Positions 8,522-21,600 of a stretch of DNA of 32,943 nt are shown here, piece after piece. The stretch lies in IMG/VR virus record IMGVR_UViG_3300002220_000147; one strand, written 5' to 3'. Positions within the stretch are counted from its first letter, which is position 1. Each line of letters starts with the position of its first letter. The notes below the pieces were generated by a model. That model was given only the letters and a program-made list of their open reading frames with translations, was not told where the DNA came from and made no database searches. Position numbers and translations under genes: made by a program. The stretch is from an uncultured virus (IMG/VR IMGVR_UViG_3300002220_000147) (taxonomy: Duplodnaviria > Heunggongvirae > Uroviricota > Caudoviricetes > Crassvirales).

Positions 8522-10927
8522 ATGGCTTCAAGAGAACTTATATCATCCGTATCTAAACCCAAAAAGAAATACACCTTTGGGCAAAAAGTAGGTGATGCCT
8601 GGTTAGCATCAGTAGATACAATGCTTTCACCTATACCGGGATTAAATCAAATAATTCAAGACGATATGTACGCCAATGAAAAAATGGCTGACTTTCAAAA
8701 TAAAGTATCAAACATATACTCACCAATTGCAGGAGCAGCATTAGGAGTTGCAACAGGAGGGACTTCTTCTATGTTAGGTGTAGGACAAGGTACTCCATTA
8801 GCTAATCAACAAGTAGGCCCACCTGAGTTTGATTACAATCAATTAGCTTATGGTGGTAGACGTATGAAAGCTAATGGTGGAATGCTTACCAAGTTTGAAG
8901 GCCCAGCACATGAGCAAGGTGGTATACAACTTGGTCAGGATGAAGTAGAAGGCTCTGAAACAATGTTTGCAATGGGTGGAGAGAATAACTCAGACTTTAT
9001 ATTCTCAGATAGAATATTTGTACATAAACCTAATAAGAAAGGTGAATTGAAACCCACTAAACAAACTTTTGCTGACAGGTCTAAAAGAATATCAGCTAAA
9101 TATAAACTAAGACCTAATGATCCTTATGGTAAGAAGTCAGAAGAATTAGAGCTTAATAAATTAGCTTCTAAACAAGAGGCTTTGAAAGAGATTATGAATC
9201 CTCAGCCACAAGGTAATATGATGGCTATGGGAGGTAAGAAGTATTATGGTGGTGGAATATATAAAGATACTGACAGTCCTGTATTTGACCAAAATCAAAT
9301 ACTACTTAATGATTCAAGCAATTTCTTAATGGGAAATATTCCTTCTGCAAATAGGGAGAAATTATCTACATCTATGTTTGAACCTGCTGTTGAAAGTGAA
9401 TCCTATGTAGATGATATTCCATTTAATACTGGGGATGTTGTAACAGGACTTAATAAAGATAATTCATATCAATCGAACTTTGGAATACCTGCATTAGGAT
9501 ATGCTGCACAAGCATTAACTAATATACCTGCAATGTTTATGAAACCTGAAACTAAGAATTTTAGTAGAGTTAAGTTTGATGATATTAGTTTAGCAGAGCA
9601 ACGTAATGCAGCTAGACGTGCTAGAAACTTAGGATTAGCTAGTGCAAGAGGTATTGCTGCGCAGAGTAGTGATATGGGTCAGGCAATGAATTACTTATCA
9701 GGAACTACTGCTGGGTTAAATAGTGCTTATGGCAACCAATTCAATGAATCATTGATGCAAGAAAAGCAGATGAATCTTCAATCTAATATGAAAGAACAAC
9801 TTGCTAATAGTGAAATTGAGATGTATGAAGAAGATATTAATACTAAGGAAACTGATGCTATTAGAAACCTTAAAATGCAAGCCTTATCCAATATAGGAAC
9901 TTCTGCTGCAATGGCCGGTAAGAGTTATATGGATATGGAAATTGAGAATAATAAGTTAGGGGTATTGGCTAAAACAAATCCTTATTATACTATAGATGCT
10001 AATGGAAATGTAATACCTAAAAAAGCATTTGGTGGAGTTAGGAACAAATATGCTACTGGTGGGCCTAAAAGAAGGTATCCTCAGAATAATGCAGAAGCTG
10101 CTGCTTTATTAGCCCCCAATCCTGAACCTGGATTTTCAATGATGGAAAGACCCAATCCTGAATTAGGTATGTTAGTTGACCCAACTAAACATCCATTATA
10201 CCCTAATTATCCTGATAGAACATATAGTGGAGGTACACTACCCCTAACAACCATAGTAGCTGGAAATACTCCTACATATAGAGGAGATGATGAAAGTCGT
10301 AGAGTTGACGCTAGAACTTTACCGGGATATGGTAAACTTAATGATAGAGGGGTATTATCATCGACTCCCCAAAACTGGGGAGTATATCCTGAAAGGGTTA
10401 GAGCAAGTATGATGGGAGCATCAGTACAAGACAGAGCAGATTATCTTGGAATTCAAGATTTTATGACGGCAGCAGCAGCACCTGCAGGAGCTGTTAAATT
10501 AGGACTTGCTGCGAGAACAGCTATAGGATTAGGGATGTTTGGAGCAGGAACTGCTGCTCAATATTCAGATGATGAGTCTCTGAGAGAAGTTGGACAGTAT
10601 GGACAAATATTTGGAGCAGCTGAAGCTCTTCCTGGAATTGGAAAAGGAGCATCTGTTTTAGCAGGTAAAATAAAACCTAGTGTTCCTATAATTAAAGAGT
10701 TCCTTAAAAAAACACCTTATTGGGCTAAAAAGGCATCTACTGCAACAGGTAATTTCATTAAGACCAATCCAAGACTTGTAGGATATCCTACTATAGTAGG
10801 AGGAAAATATGGATATAATAAAGTGTCTTCTAATAAAAAAGAAACTGCTACTCGTAAGAAAGCTCTATTAGATGATACTAAAGCAATGGAAGAAGAAATA
10901 CTTAAACAATTAAACGGAGGAAAATAA
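8522..10927 (+). CDS. putative internal virion cargo protein (crAss cargo protein 1-like)
   Basis: GPAHEQGG...EVEG.E motif, repeated AxGG motifs, Ala/Gln-rich helical middle and Gly/Ala-rich hydrophobic stretches; directly follows the muzzle gene. Confidence 0.7.
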   Translation: MASRELISSVSKPKKKYTFGQKVGDAWLASVDTMLSPIPGLNQIIQDDMYANEKMADFQNKVSNIYSPIAGAALGVATGGTSSMLGVGQGTPLANQQVGPPEFDYNQLAYGGRRMKANGGMLTKFEGPAHEQGGIQLGQDEVEGSETMFAMGGENNSDFIFSDRIFVHKPNKKGELKPTKQTFADRSKRISAKYKLRPNDPYGKKSEELELNKLASKQEALKEIMNPQPQGNMMAMGGKKYYGGGIYKDTDSPVFDQNQILLNDSSNFLMGNIPSANREKLSTSMFEPAVESESYVDDIPFNTGDVVTGLNKDNSYQSNFGIPALGYAAQALTNIPAMFMKPETKNFSRVKFDDISLAEQRNAARRARNLGLASARGIAAQSSDMGQAMNYLSGTTAGLNSAYGNQFNESLMQEKQMNLQSNMKEQLANSEIEMYEEDINTKETDAIRNLKMQALSNIGTSAAMAGKSYMDMEIENNKLGVLAKTNPYYTIDANGNVIPKKAFGGVRNKYATGGPKRRYPQNNAEAAALLAPNPEPGFSMMERPNPELGMLVDPTKHPLYPNYPDRTYSGGTLPLTTIVAGNTPTYRGDDESRRVDARTLPGYGKLNDRGVLSSTPQNWGVYPERVRASMMGASVQDRADYLGIQDFMTAAAAPAGAVKLGLAARTAIGLGMFGAGTAAQYSDDESLREVGQYGQIFGAAEALPGIGKGASVLAGKIKPSVPIIKEFLKKTPYWAKKASTATGNFIKTNPRLVGYPTIVGGKYGYNKVSSNKKETATRKKALLDDTKAMEEEILKQLNGGK

Positions 10928-10928
10928 T

Positions 10929-12629
10929 ATGGCAAGATTTTTACAACCTCCTACTCAGAAATTAGTGGATATGACTCCAGCATCTCAAGCAGATTTTTAT
11001 GAGAAGGTATTAGCTAGTGCACAAAATAACTTAGAAAGAAGTGTAGCTGCAAGACAAGAAGCAGTACAATACTATAATTCTTTACCTTTTCATACAAAAG
11101 AAGATTATGATGCTGTAATAGGTGAAGCTCAGAAAGGATTATCCGAAGTTGTTGATGGAGATTTTCCAGCACCTGCAAGAATTGCCAATAAAGTTATGGA
11201 ACTTAATCAAAAATTACAGCCGGGAATAAATGCATTAAAGCGTAAAGATGAGCAGGTTAAGATAGAACAACAGGGAAGATTAAAATTAGGAATAAACTAT
11301 TTAGGAAATGATGTATCTAATATGCCTATAAAAAGTATTGATGGTAATTTTGTTGATCCAAATACTTTAACCTCTAAATACTATGATGCTGACCAGATAA
11401 GAAAAGGATTTATGGAATCTGAAGGAGCTAATTTAAGTGCGGTAAGAGAGTTGGGATTACAAAGAGGTGAGTATGGATACTTAAAAAGTGTTACTAGCAC
11501 AGGATTAGATACTCCTGAAAAGGTAAGAAAATATGGTATAGATAGCCCCAATGCTCAGTTGTTAGCCGAGAAAAAATTGGCAGAAATGCCAGAAGATTTT
11601 GTACAGATTATGGGAGGTAGAGATAAAGCACTTGCTACTATAAAACAATTACACTGGGAAGCAGCTAACAATCCTGATTTTGCTTATAAATTACAACAAC
11701 AGTATTTACAACCTATAAAAACTGATGAACCTAGAACAGTAACTAAAACAGGTACTAAAACTACTAGTCTTTTTGATGGGTTTATTTCAAGAGATTATGT
11801 TGCAGAACCTAATGAAGATATTCTGATAGAAGATTATAACAAAAGAAAAGATGAAGCTAAATTGTCTATAAGAGGTGAGAAAGGGTCTACTACTGGTCTT
11901 AAGGATTATACGGATTTAAGGAAGAAATATCCATCTATATTAGATAAAGTCATCAGACAAGTAGCTGAAACAACTAAAGGTAAGAATTTATCTTCTCAGC
12001 AAACAAGTTCTATGATAGCCGGTATATTTTATGATATGGTTGCAAATAAAGAAATAAATGAATCTAAAGTTATACAAACCGCGGCAGAAGCATCTCCAAC
12101 ACAAAGTGGCAGTTTCTATTCTTTCTTAAATAATGTTCCAGATAATTATAAGTTCACAGATAGTGAGGAAAAATCTTATACTAAAAGTGAATTATCCAAT
12201 GAAAAAACCCTATTATCAGATAATATAAGTGGTAGTCCTGTAAAAATGCCTTTAGTAGAAGATTATGTAGAGGTGTATCATAAAAAACTAGGTAAAAATT
12301 TAAAAGTTCCTATTGACGCTCTTGATATTAGTGTTAAAAATGCAAACACATTTATTAAAACTGCTTACAATGTTTTCAATAGTAATAAATCTAGTGGAGA
12401 ACCTATTCCTTATCCTATTCCCCAGGCGTGGGAAGAATTTGATGATGGTAGTAGAATTCCCGCATATTTTGCAGTCTATAGAGAAAATGATAAATCATAC
12501 CTTGCAATGGGAAAATATGTAAATAATAAGTTTGAGATTGATCCTTCTACTTCTCAACCACTTGAAAATAGTTGGGGAACTCTTTCAGCCTTAAAAGTAC
12601 AGGCGTTTACTAATGCATACTCAAAATAA
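10929..12629 (+). CDS. putative internal virion cargo/ejection protein
   Basis: 566 aa with a helical N-terminal region; lies between cargo 1 and the RNAP polyprotein. Call is positional. Confidence 0.55.
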   Translation: MARFLQPPTQKLVDMTPASQADFYEKVLASAQNNLERSVAARQEAVQYYNSLPFHTKEDYDAVIGEAQKGLSEVVDGDFPAPARIANKVMELNQKLQPGINALKRKDEQVKIEQQGRLKLGINYLGNDVSNMPIKSIDGNFVDPNTLTSKYYDADQIRKGFMESEGANLSAVRELGLQRGEYGYLKSVTSTGLDTPEKVRKYGIDSPNAQLLAEKKLAEMPEDFVQIMGGRDKALATIKQLHWEAANNPDFAYKLQQQYLQPIKTDEPRTVTKTGTKTTSLFDGFISRDYVAEPNEDILIEDYNKRKDEAKLSIRGEKGSTTGLKDYTDLRKKYPSILDKVIRQVAETTKGKNLSSQQTSSMIAGIFYDMVANKEINESKVIQTAAEASPTQSGSFYSFLNNVPDNYKFTDSEEKSYTKSELSNEKTLLSDNISGSPVKMPLVEDYVEVYHKKLGKNLKVPIDALDISVKNANTFIKTAYNVFNSNKSSGEPIPYPIPQAWEEFDDGSRIPAYFAVYRENDKSYLAMGKYVNNKFEIDPSTSQPLENSWGTLSALKVQAFTNAYSK

Positions 12630-12635
12630 TAAGAT

Positions 12636-15600
12636 ATGAGCAATATTGATTTATCACAAATAATTCAAAATAGTACAAATGAACTTGATCCTGTTACACA
12701 ACAACCCACTAAAGGTAAATCAAGGTATGTACCATTAAATATTAATGCAAGAGATTATGAGTTTAATAAATTTCCAACAGAAAATGTAGGAAATTATACT
12801 CAAGGAGAAAGAAGTTCATATGATGAGAATCTTACTCCAACTCAGTTAAGAGGTTTGGTAAATGCTCCTGAAAATTCTGAAGCATTTTTAGAAGATTTTA
12901 GAAGTCAGGAACAAGCCTCCCTACCTGCATTTGGTAATGCTTCAGCTAAGTTATTGGCTAAAACTGGTATAAATGTACTTGGTGGATTAGCTGGAACTGT
13001 ATATGGTGTGGGGAGTGCCATAGCTGAAGGAAATATTACCAAACTATATGATAATGCTATAATTAATGAATTAGATGGGTGGTCTAAGAATTTAGACAAG
13101 GCTATGCCTGTTTATAAATCATCTAACTATGAATCTGATAATCTATTAGAGAATATAGTTAAGAATCCAATTATGTTCGCTGATGTTGCTTCAGATGCTA
13201 TTAGTTTTACTGCAGGAATTATGTTAACTGCTTATGCTGCTGGAGCTATAGCTGCTCCTTTTAAAGTAGCTAATGCTGTTAATAAAGTTAGTAAATTTAA
13301 TAAGGGAGCTAGATTTTTAGAAGAGGGAGTTGCTGGAGTTGAAAGTATAGATAAAGCTTCTAAAACTTTATTAGGTGCTAATAAAATAGATGATGTCTTA
13401 GGTAATGTAAGAAGGATTATAACGGGTTCTGCTTATGAAGCTTCTGTTGGGGCTAACAATACGGCTCAGAATATGAGAGCTAAAGCTATTCCTATCTTAG
13501 ATAAAGAGCTAAGTGATAAATATAACTTACTTGCTCAGGAAGCTATAGCAAGGCATCCTAATGCAGCAGAAAATCCTGCTATACAATCAATGATTGATGC
13601 TGAGTTAAAGTATATTAAATCAGCTTATGATTCCGAGAGAAGTAAACGTCTATTAGAGTTAGAATATAATGTTCAAAGAGCAGGTATGGGTGATTATGTT
13701 ACTAACCTTGCTATCTTAGGAACTTCCAATGCATTCCAATTTAGTTCAACATTTGGTATGAGATGGAGTGGTGCAAGAAAAACTTTATCCTCAGGTGCTG
13801 CTAAATTTAGTAAAGAAGTTGCTGAAGAAACAGGTGAAAAGTTATTAAAGGCTACTGCTACTAATGTGCCAACAACCAAAGTTGGTAAGATATTAAGTAC
13901 TGCTAAGACAATAGTAGAGAAACCTTTTGTTGAAGGTATATATGAGGAGGGATTACAGGGAGCTTCTTCTACAGCAATGTCAGATTACTATCTTAGAAAA
14001 TATGACTCTAAGAATTTTGGTGAAGCTAGAACTTATTTAGAGAGTGCCTATAGAGCATTAATGCAAACTTACGACCCATCTAATACACAATCTTGGAAAG
14101 AGATTGGTATGGGTATGATTATAGGGGGATTAGGTGCTCCTGGTAAAGGACTTATGCCTGGACATTTAGGAATTAATTCTGATACTCAAAAGAGAGAACC
14201 TTTATGGACTGGTGGTATAAAGGGTAGTTTTGATGAAAGAAAGAGTAGGAGAGATAATGTTGGCAGAATACTATCTAAATATAAGGATATAGGTGAGAAT
14301 ACTACTATCGGTATGAAAGCAGGTTATAACAATGTAGTTGCTGATATGGAGGCTGTTCGTAATCAGGAGGAAAGTATTAAGAATAATGATAAGAAAGCAT
14401 TCTTAGATAATCAGGATGATAGGTTCTTTGGTTTTGTTAAAGCTAGGGAATCTGCAGGTGTGGGTAGTACTATTGATGATGAGATTGATTCTATGAAAGA
14501 AATGACTCCCAAAGGGTTTATAGAAACTTATTCAGGAGACCAATCTGATTTATTATCAATGACTGCTAAACAGCAAGAGGAGTATAAGAATAGTACTATT
14601 GAGGCATTGGAGAAAAGACTATCTGCAATTAGAGAGTCTATGAGCTTGGTTAATAGCATTGAACCATCTGACCCTATTAATAACTATATCCCTGAAATAG
14701 AGGATATTAAGGAACAATTTGCATACCTACATAGTAAGGGTGCTTTTATTGATTTAAGACAAGACCAACTAAAGAATCTACTTGATACAATGACTACAGG
14801 AGTTATTGATGGTAGAACTGCTTTACAACTTGAAAAAGACATGGCTCTTCTTGGTGTTGATAGGAATGTTGTTGAAAATCTTGTATCTAAGAGAGATAAA
14901 ATCTCTAAGTTAGAGGAATCTTTAGCTGTTAAAGAAGATGAATTATCATCTATAAGAAATACTACTAATGATAGATTAAAAGTTCAGAAGCAGCAGAAGG
15001 ATAAACTTGATGATGAGCTAACAAGTTTAAGAAATGAGTTACAGCAAGAAAAAACTAAACTAACCAAGTTTATTAGTAAGAAGGGTAGAAGTAATCGTGA
15101 AGCTGTTGGTGGATTAACTACCCCTCAAGCAAGAGCTGAAGTTAAGGCTGCTGAGAAGTTAGACCATGATGTTGTTGTTGAGTATGGTAAAAAAATAGAG
15201 AAATTAGAAAAGGATATTGCTAATAGAGAGAAAGCTGCAAGTACTTTTAATAAATCTATAACTAAGATTCAGAAGAAGTTAGACGAATTAGATATAGAGG
15301 GTAAGACAACTATTGAGAAAATAAAAAGTGAGTTAGACTCTTATAAAAAATCATATAGAGAAGAGCTTGATAAAAGGCACACTATATCCAAAGAAGCAGC
15401 TAATAGAAGGAATGTAGACTTTACATTTGACAACTATAATGCTTATGCAACTGAAATTATTAAGGTTATGGAAGCTGATGAGGTATTTCAAAAGAACGCT
15501 CAGAAGTATTATTCGACTAATCCCTTAGAGCAAGATAAAATAAAAGAAGCTTTAATTGATATGGGAAGGCTTGAGAACTCCCGTCAAGAAGCTATTGAAT

Positions 15601-18600
15601 TACTTAACTTTCTCAAAACTAAGAGTGGTAGAGATATTGCTGTAACTAAGTTAAAAAGGGCAATGTATAAAAATTATGAGAAAGATTTTGCTATAAATGA
15701 AGAGGTTAAAGAAGAAATTACTGAACTATTAAAAGACCCAAGATACCTAACTACAGGAATTCCTTATAGTTATTTATTAAATGGTAAAGAAGTTATTGGT
15801 AAAATTATAAACCACATAGAAAGTGGTACTCCCCTATTTGTTCCAAATGATAAAAAGGATACTGTATATGAGGATAAAGATAAGGATGGAAAAGTCATTG
15901 AGTCTTATACACTAATATCATTACAACAGATTTTAACTTTAGCTAAAGCTACGAATCCAGAAATAACAGAAAATAAAGTACTTGATGATGCTATATTTGC
16001 TACTAAACAAGAAGATGCTAAACTAAAGAAAGTTGGTAGTATTAATACAGATAGTGGTACTTTCACACTCCCTGGTGATGTTATGGAAGATAGTGAAGGT
16101 AATGAATACTTTGTAGTTACTAAATACACCAAAGAAGGTGCACCTTATTTTGTATATTATGATATTAATGAAAATGGTTCTATAGGCCCAAGGACAATTC
16201 CTGAGCAAGATCAGCCAGACTATAAAACACTTAAATTAGTATCTAGTGAGGATAAGGTATTTGATGGAGATTTAGTTGATTATGAAGATTCTAAAGGTAA
16301 CAAAGAAATAGGTATATTAGCCTATGAATCTCCATTCTTATTTGAAGGTGAGGCTAACGACCAATCTACATATCCAAAGAAACTTACTTTTAAACCTGTT
16401 GCAGGAACTACTTCAATAGTTATTGAAGATAGGGATACTATTAAAACACTTGTTGACCAAGCAATAGAAGCTAAATCTTCTAAAGAAACTGTAGTAGATT
16501 CTAAGACTAAGAACCCTATTATTAATTATAAGGGACAGGATGGTAGCATAGAATATAGAATCAAACAGGCTAAGAAAATATCCAAGTGGAGAAAGAGTAA
16601 GACGGGTAAGAGATATAATAAACCTTATACCTTATACTTCCTACCGGGGGAAAATAAATTTACTACTATAGAACTTAGTCCTGTAGCAGGTAAAACTTTA
16701 GCTGAGGTAGAAGAACTAGCTAGAAATGGTAACCTTACATCAGAAGACCTTACAGGATTAACTGGTAGTAGAGAAAAGGTATCTAACTATGACATTACAG
16801 ATATTGAAGTATTACAGGATGATTTTGTAAGTAAAAGCGGAGAAAGATATGTAATCTTTAAAAAAGGTGATGCTATATTTGCAGCTAAAAAAATCGCTAA
16901 GTTTTATAAGATATTTACTGAAAGTAATCAAGTTAGTAATTATGGGAGAAACGGTGAAGTTAACTTTGCTAAAATTACCTATTATGTAGATAATAGTTCT
17001 GAAAAAGAATTGGGTGAAACCTATGATGATACTATTAAGTTATCAGCGCAGAATCCTCACCTTATGTTTGTAGCAGGTAGGGAAGTTGAATTTACTGAAG
17101 TTAAATTACCTTCAGGTAATATCTTTTACGAAAATAAGAGAAATCCTGATGGAAGTTTGGTAGTTCACGCTAATAAATCACAACAGAATTGGTATAACTT
17201 TTTAAAGACTAAGTTTGAAGGTGACCCTGAGAAACTTAAAGAGTTCATGGATAATCATGTGCTCAAGGTTGTTGTGAATAATAGTGAAGCAACTGCTAAG
17301 TATTTTGAAGAAGACGATGCTCCTAAGACAGGTATAAATTCTGATGGTACTATTTCTTTACCTATGAGTAAAGAGGTTTATCTTAAGGTAGTTATTGTAG
17401 ATAAGAATACTTTAGAACCTATTACTGATGAAAATGGTAATGAATTATTTAATTCAATCCACTCACCTAATTTTACTAACTTTGACTCTACAAGCCCAGA
17501 AGCTAAGGCTTTCTATATTGAAGAACTTAATAAACTTCGGGCATTAATTATAGCCAAGATTAATGAGAATGCAGAACATTCTCCTACATTGTTATTACCT
17601 ATTGTTGATGTAACTACAGGTAGAGCTGTATATGAAGAATCAGTAGTTACTGAACGTGGTAAAGAGAGGACAAGATTTAATGTTAAGGGTAGACTAGTCT
17701 CTGAAAATGCCGATAGTGTATCTATCCCTTGGGATGTTATTACTTCTCAAAAAGATGCTACTGATGAGGCTATTGGGGCAACCGTTATAATTAATGGTAA
17801 GGAGTATAGATTCAGTAAAAAGAGTAGAAGTGTTGGTCAAATAATTTCTGCAATAGTTGGTGCTAATGGTAAAGCTATTCCAGTAACTTTACTTACAAGA
17901 AATGTTAATAGTGAAGAAGCTACTACTATAGCGGCATTGTTAAAAATGGTAGCCAATGGAACTAATGAGTTTGATGGTATTCCTATTATTCCTGAAAGCA
18001 GTCAAAGTGTTAAAGATGCTCAATTCTACCTTAAAAAGTTTGTTAAATACGGTAAGAATTCAGGTAAAAATGTTGATACCCAATTATATTGGGATGCTAA
18101 AACTAAGTCTATTGTTATAGGTAAGGATAGTATTTCTTTAGAGGAAGTTAATTCTGAAGAGGGATTTAATAAATTAGTTAGTAAGTTAAAGGAACGTAAA
18201 ATACTCCATGTATCTAAATCTTTTAAAGGTAAACCCTTTAACGTATCTTATACAGACAAAGATGGTAAGGTAGTTAAGTCCTTATCTTTTGGACATTACA
18301 ACAATTACTTGTTTGGTGATAAAGATAGTAAAGGCAATTCCACATTAAGACCAGTACTCCAAACTGACTTGGCCAAACAAGTTGATGGAGTTAATCCTGT
18401 TGTACAGGTAGGTATGGAGTATGGGGATTTGCATACATCTATTACTGATGCTCCTATATTTACTAAGAAAACTTATGCAGGTGCTGAGACTAAAAGAACT
18501 CCTAGTAAAAAAGTTGATAATACAAAAGATGGAGTGGCTGGACTTGATGCTGGAGCTCCTGCAGATTTAGCAGCTAAGTTTCTAGAAATTCAAGATGAAT

Positions 18601-21600
18601 TAGAAAGATTTATTGAAGGTACTCATACTGGAACACCAGTTGGAACGCTTTCAGATGTGTTAAAAGATACTACTGAAGCATTAGCTCCTACTAAAACTGA
18701 ATCTGTAGATACAACAATGCCAGCATCAGGAAATCTAAGTGATTTTCTTGGTACTAAGGATGAAGTAGTTACAGGTAATGAGGTAAGTGATGAAGAAGCT
18801 ACTAGATTAGTTGCTTTATCTAATACTACTGATATACAGTTTGAAAATATACCGCAAGTAAGGGAATGGTTTAGGAAAAACCTGCCTAATATTCCTTTGG
18901 AAGTAGTGGACAAGATAATTGCTACTGCTAAAGGGGGTGCATGGGGTACATTTACAGGCAAAGCTGTTAGGTTATACAATCTTGCTGAAATAGGTACAGC
19001 ATTCCATGAAGCATTTCATGCAGTCTATAGAATAGGACTTACTAGATCTCAACAAAGAATGCTTATCAATACCATAAGAAAAGAAAAAGGTAAGGATATT
19101 TCTATTAGTGATATAGAAGAACTTCTTGCTGAAGACTTCAGAAATTGGATGTTAACAGGTAAATCTGAGTATTCAACTCCATCACCTGTTAAAAGAACTA
19201 TATTCCAAGCTATTCAAGATTTTATTGATAGTATTATAGATTTGTTTACAGGAGTCAAAGGATTTAGAAATACTATAGAACTATATCAAAATATAAATAG
19301 TGGTGCATATTCTCATATCAGAGCTAAAACTGAGGAACTATCTAAAGATAATTGGAAATTGAGACAAATTACAGGCTTAGATGTTACTGAAACTGAAGAC
19401 CTTATTACAGGACTTAGTGTAAGGGTAATGAGTAATCTATATTCAAAGTATAATTCTGATTTTACAGAATTTTTAAAGAATATAGGTGGATTGATAGTGC
19501 AGGAATTACAAGACTATAAAAATAGTGAATGGATACCTGAGGGTAAGAAGAAAAGAATTGAAGGTGTCCTTACCAACAATCTAGCTGAAGTTATAACTAG
19601 TATTAAAGACCATTTTAATTACATAGGTTTATCCATTGATATGGAATTAGGGGATGATGCTAATTCTCTTATAGAATCCGTAAATGATGGGGAGGCTATA
19701 GCTAATAGGGGACAGGAATACAACGATAGTATCGAAGTGTCTAATATAAGAAATATGGCTAATGAGATTAAACTTCTTATTCATACCTTATATGAAAGAG
19801 TTCCTGTTAGAGAAGGAGTATCAGCAGAAAAACTTAATAGCGTAGGACTTCCTACAATTGTTAATTTTGCCAGTACATATAATACATTACTTGAAACTTT
19901 AAATGGCACTACTAATTGGGATGGTGCTAACGGTATAATGACTAAACTTAAAAAGTTAGCTACAGAAAAACCTGAAATTACCCTTCTTATTAATAGATTA
20001 AATAAACTTACTGGCGATAGGGGTGTTGTAGTTAAAAATAAATTTAGGCAAGCCTTTTCCATCAATAGATATGGATATAAAACCTATGTTATTGGAGAAG
20101 AAGGTGGGAAGTTTATTAATTCAAGTACTTCAAGGAATATTGACAGGTTGCGTGAGCAGTTAGATAGTGAGTATAAAAACTCAAGTCTCTATAAAGAAGC
20201 TCTGCATGAAGACGCTGCTAAAGTTAATAGGAAGATACTCTCTGAAATTACTGAGTTGAAAAAGATGGATAAAAACAGTCCTGCCTTTAAAACAAGGTTT
20301 AGTAATCTTATGAGGGGACTTGGGTTTGATAATATATTAGACCTTAATTCATTAATTAATAATCCTATATTATCAGACGAAGTACTTATAACTTTATCTG
20401 AAGAAAATACCTTTGCATCTACTAATTTAGTTTCAGATTTAACAGTTCTGAAATCAGGTAGATTTAAGAAAGTACTTATGAACGAAGCTCTTAATAGAAA
20501 GAACTATTTTGAGCCTCAACACGCTAATCCTAAGAATAAGATTGTACATGAATATTCTCTTAATAATTACTATTCTTCAATAGTAAATGTATTGAATAAT
20601 GCTATGAATCTACCTACAGCAGAAGATAGGATTGCTGATGTATATAATAGGTTACCTCAGATGAGAAATCTTGAGGGTAAATCTATATGGTGGACTACTG
20701 TATTGAATGGATTAACGGATGGTAGCTTAGACCTTAGTATTACATTTCTTGAAGGTATGCGTGAGAATATTAGTGGTGCTGAAGGTAAAGTTACTTATGA
20801 CTTATCTCAGACAGACCTTGCTAAAATGCATATTGAAGGTATGTTAATTGCTGGATTACACACATTCCGTAGACCTTCAGATAAATCTCTTGAACCTGCT
20901 ATCGAAGGATTTGGGTTAGAGATTAAACCTGATAATACCAGACTTAAGCAGATACTCATTGGTTATATAAAGCATGACCTTAAAACAACTAATAATAAAG
21001 GTCTGCAAATGCTTGAATCAATATTTTCACCTCAACTTGTTGCAGATATTATAGCAAACCAAGGTAAACTTGAACTTATTAGTGATAAAATTTTAACAGA
21101 ATTTAAGAAATATTTAAGTGATGAGGCTACAAGTATAGAAAAATTACTTACTGAATTAAAACTTATTCATTCTAAAGGTAATCTCTTTTCTGAAGAACTT
21201 ACTAAGGTATATAAAAATACTTCTGATATTATAGATGCATTCGTATTAAACTACTTTATTAGTAGGATTGAGCAACATATGATGTTTCTTGGGGATTTTA
21301 CTCAGTTTACACAGCTATTTAAGAGGACTTCAGGGCCAACAGGTACAGGTAAAACCTTTAGCCAAGATGCTCATACAGTTGAAATGATTCAAAAGGGGTA
21401 TATTGCTCAACTTAGTAAGATGCCGTTAGAAAGCAGATATAATAGACTAGACCTTATACTCCAGCTTACAGTACCGCAAAGAGAGGCTTTGGGAATTACC
21501 GATGAGATGGTTCTTAATCTTCCTGTAACTATAAACTCTACTAATATTAGTATTCTTAAAGAAAGAACTGAGAAGATTACTGAACGTCAGAGAGAATGGT

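Noticed and set aside
21333..21356. Walker A-like GPTGTGKT inside the giant protein
   Set aside because: It lies within the RNAP region after a helical FTQLFKR segment, with no preceding hydrophobic strand or evident Walker B; probably coincidental.
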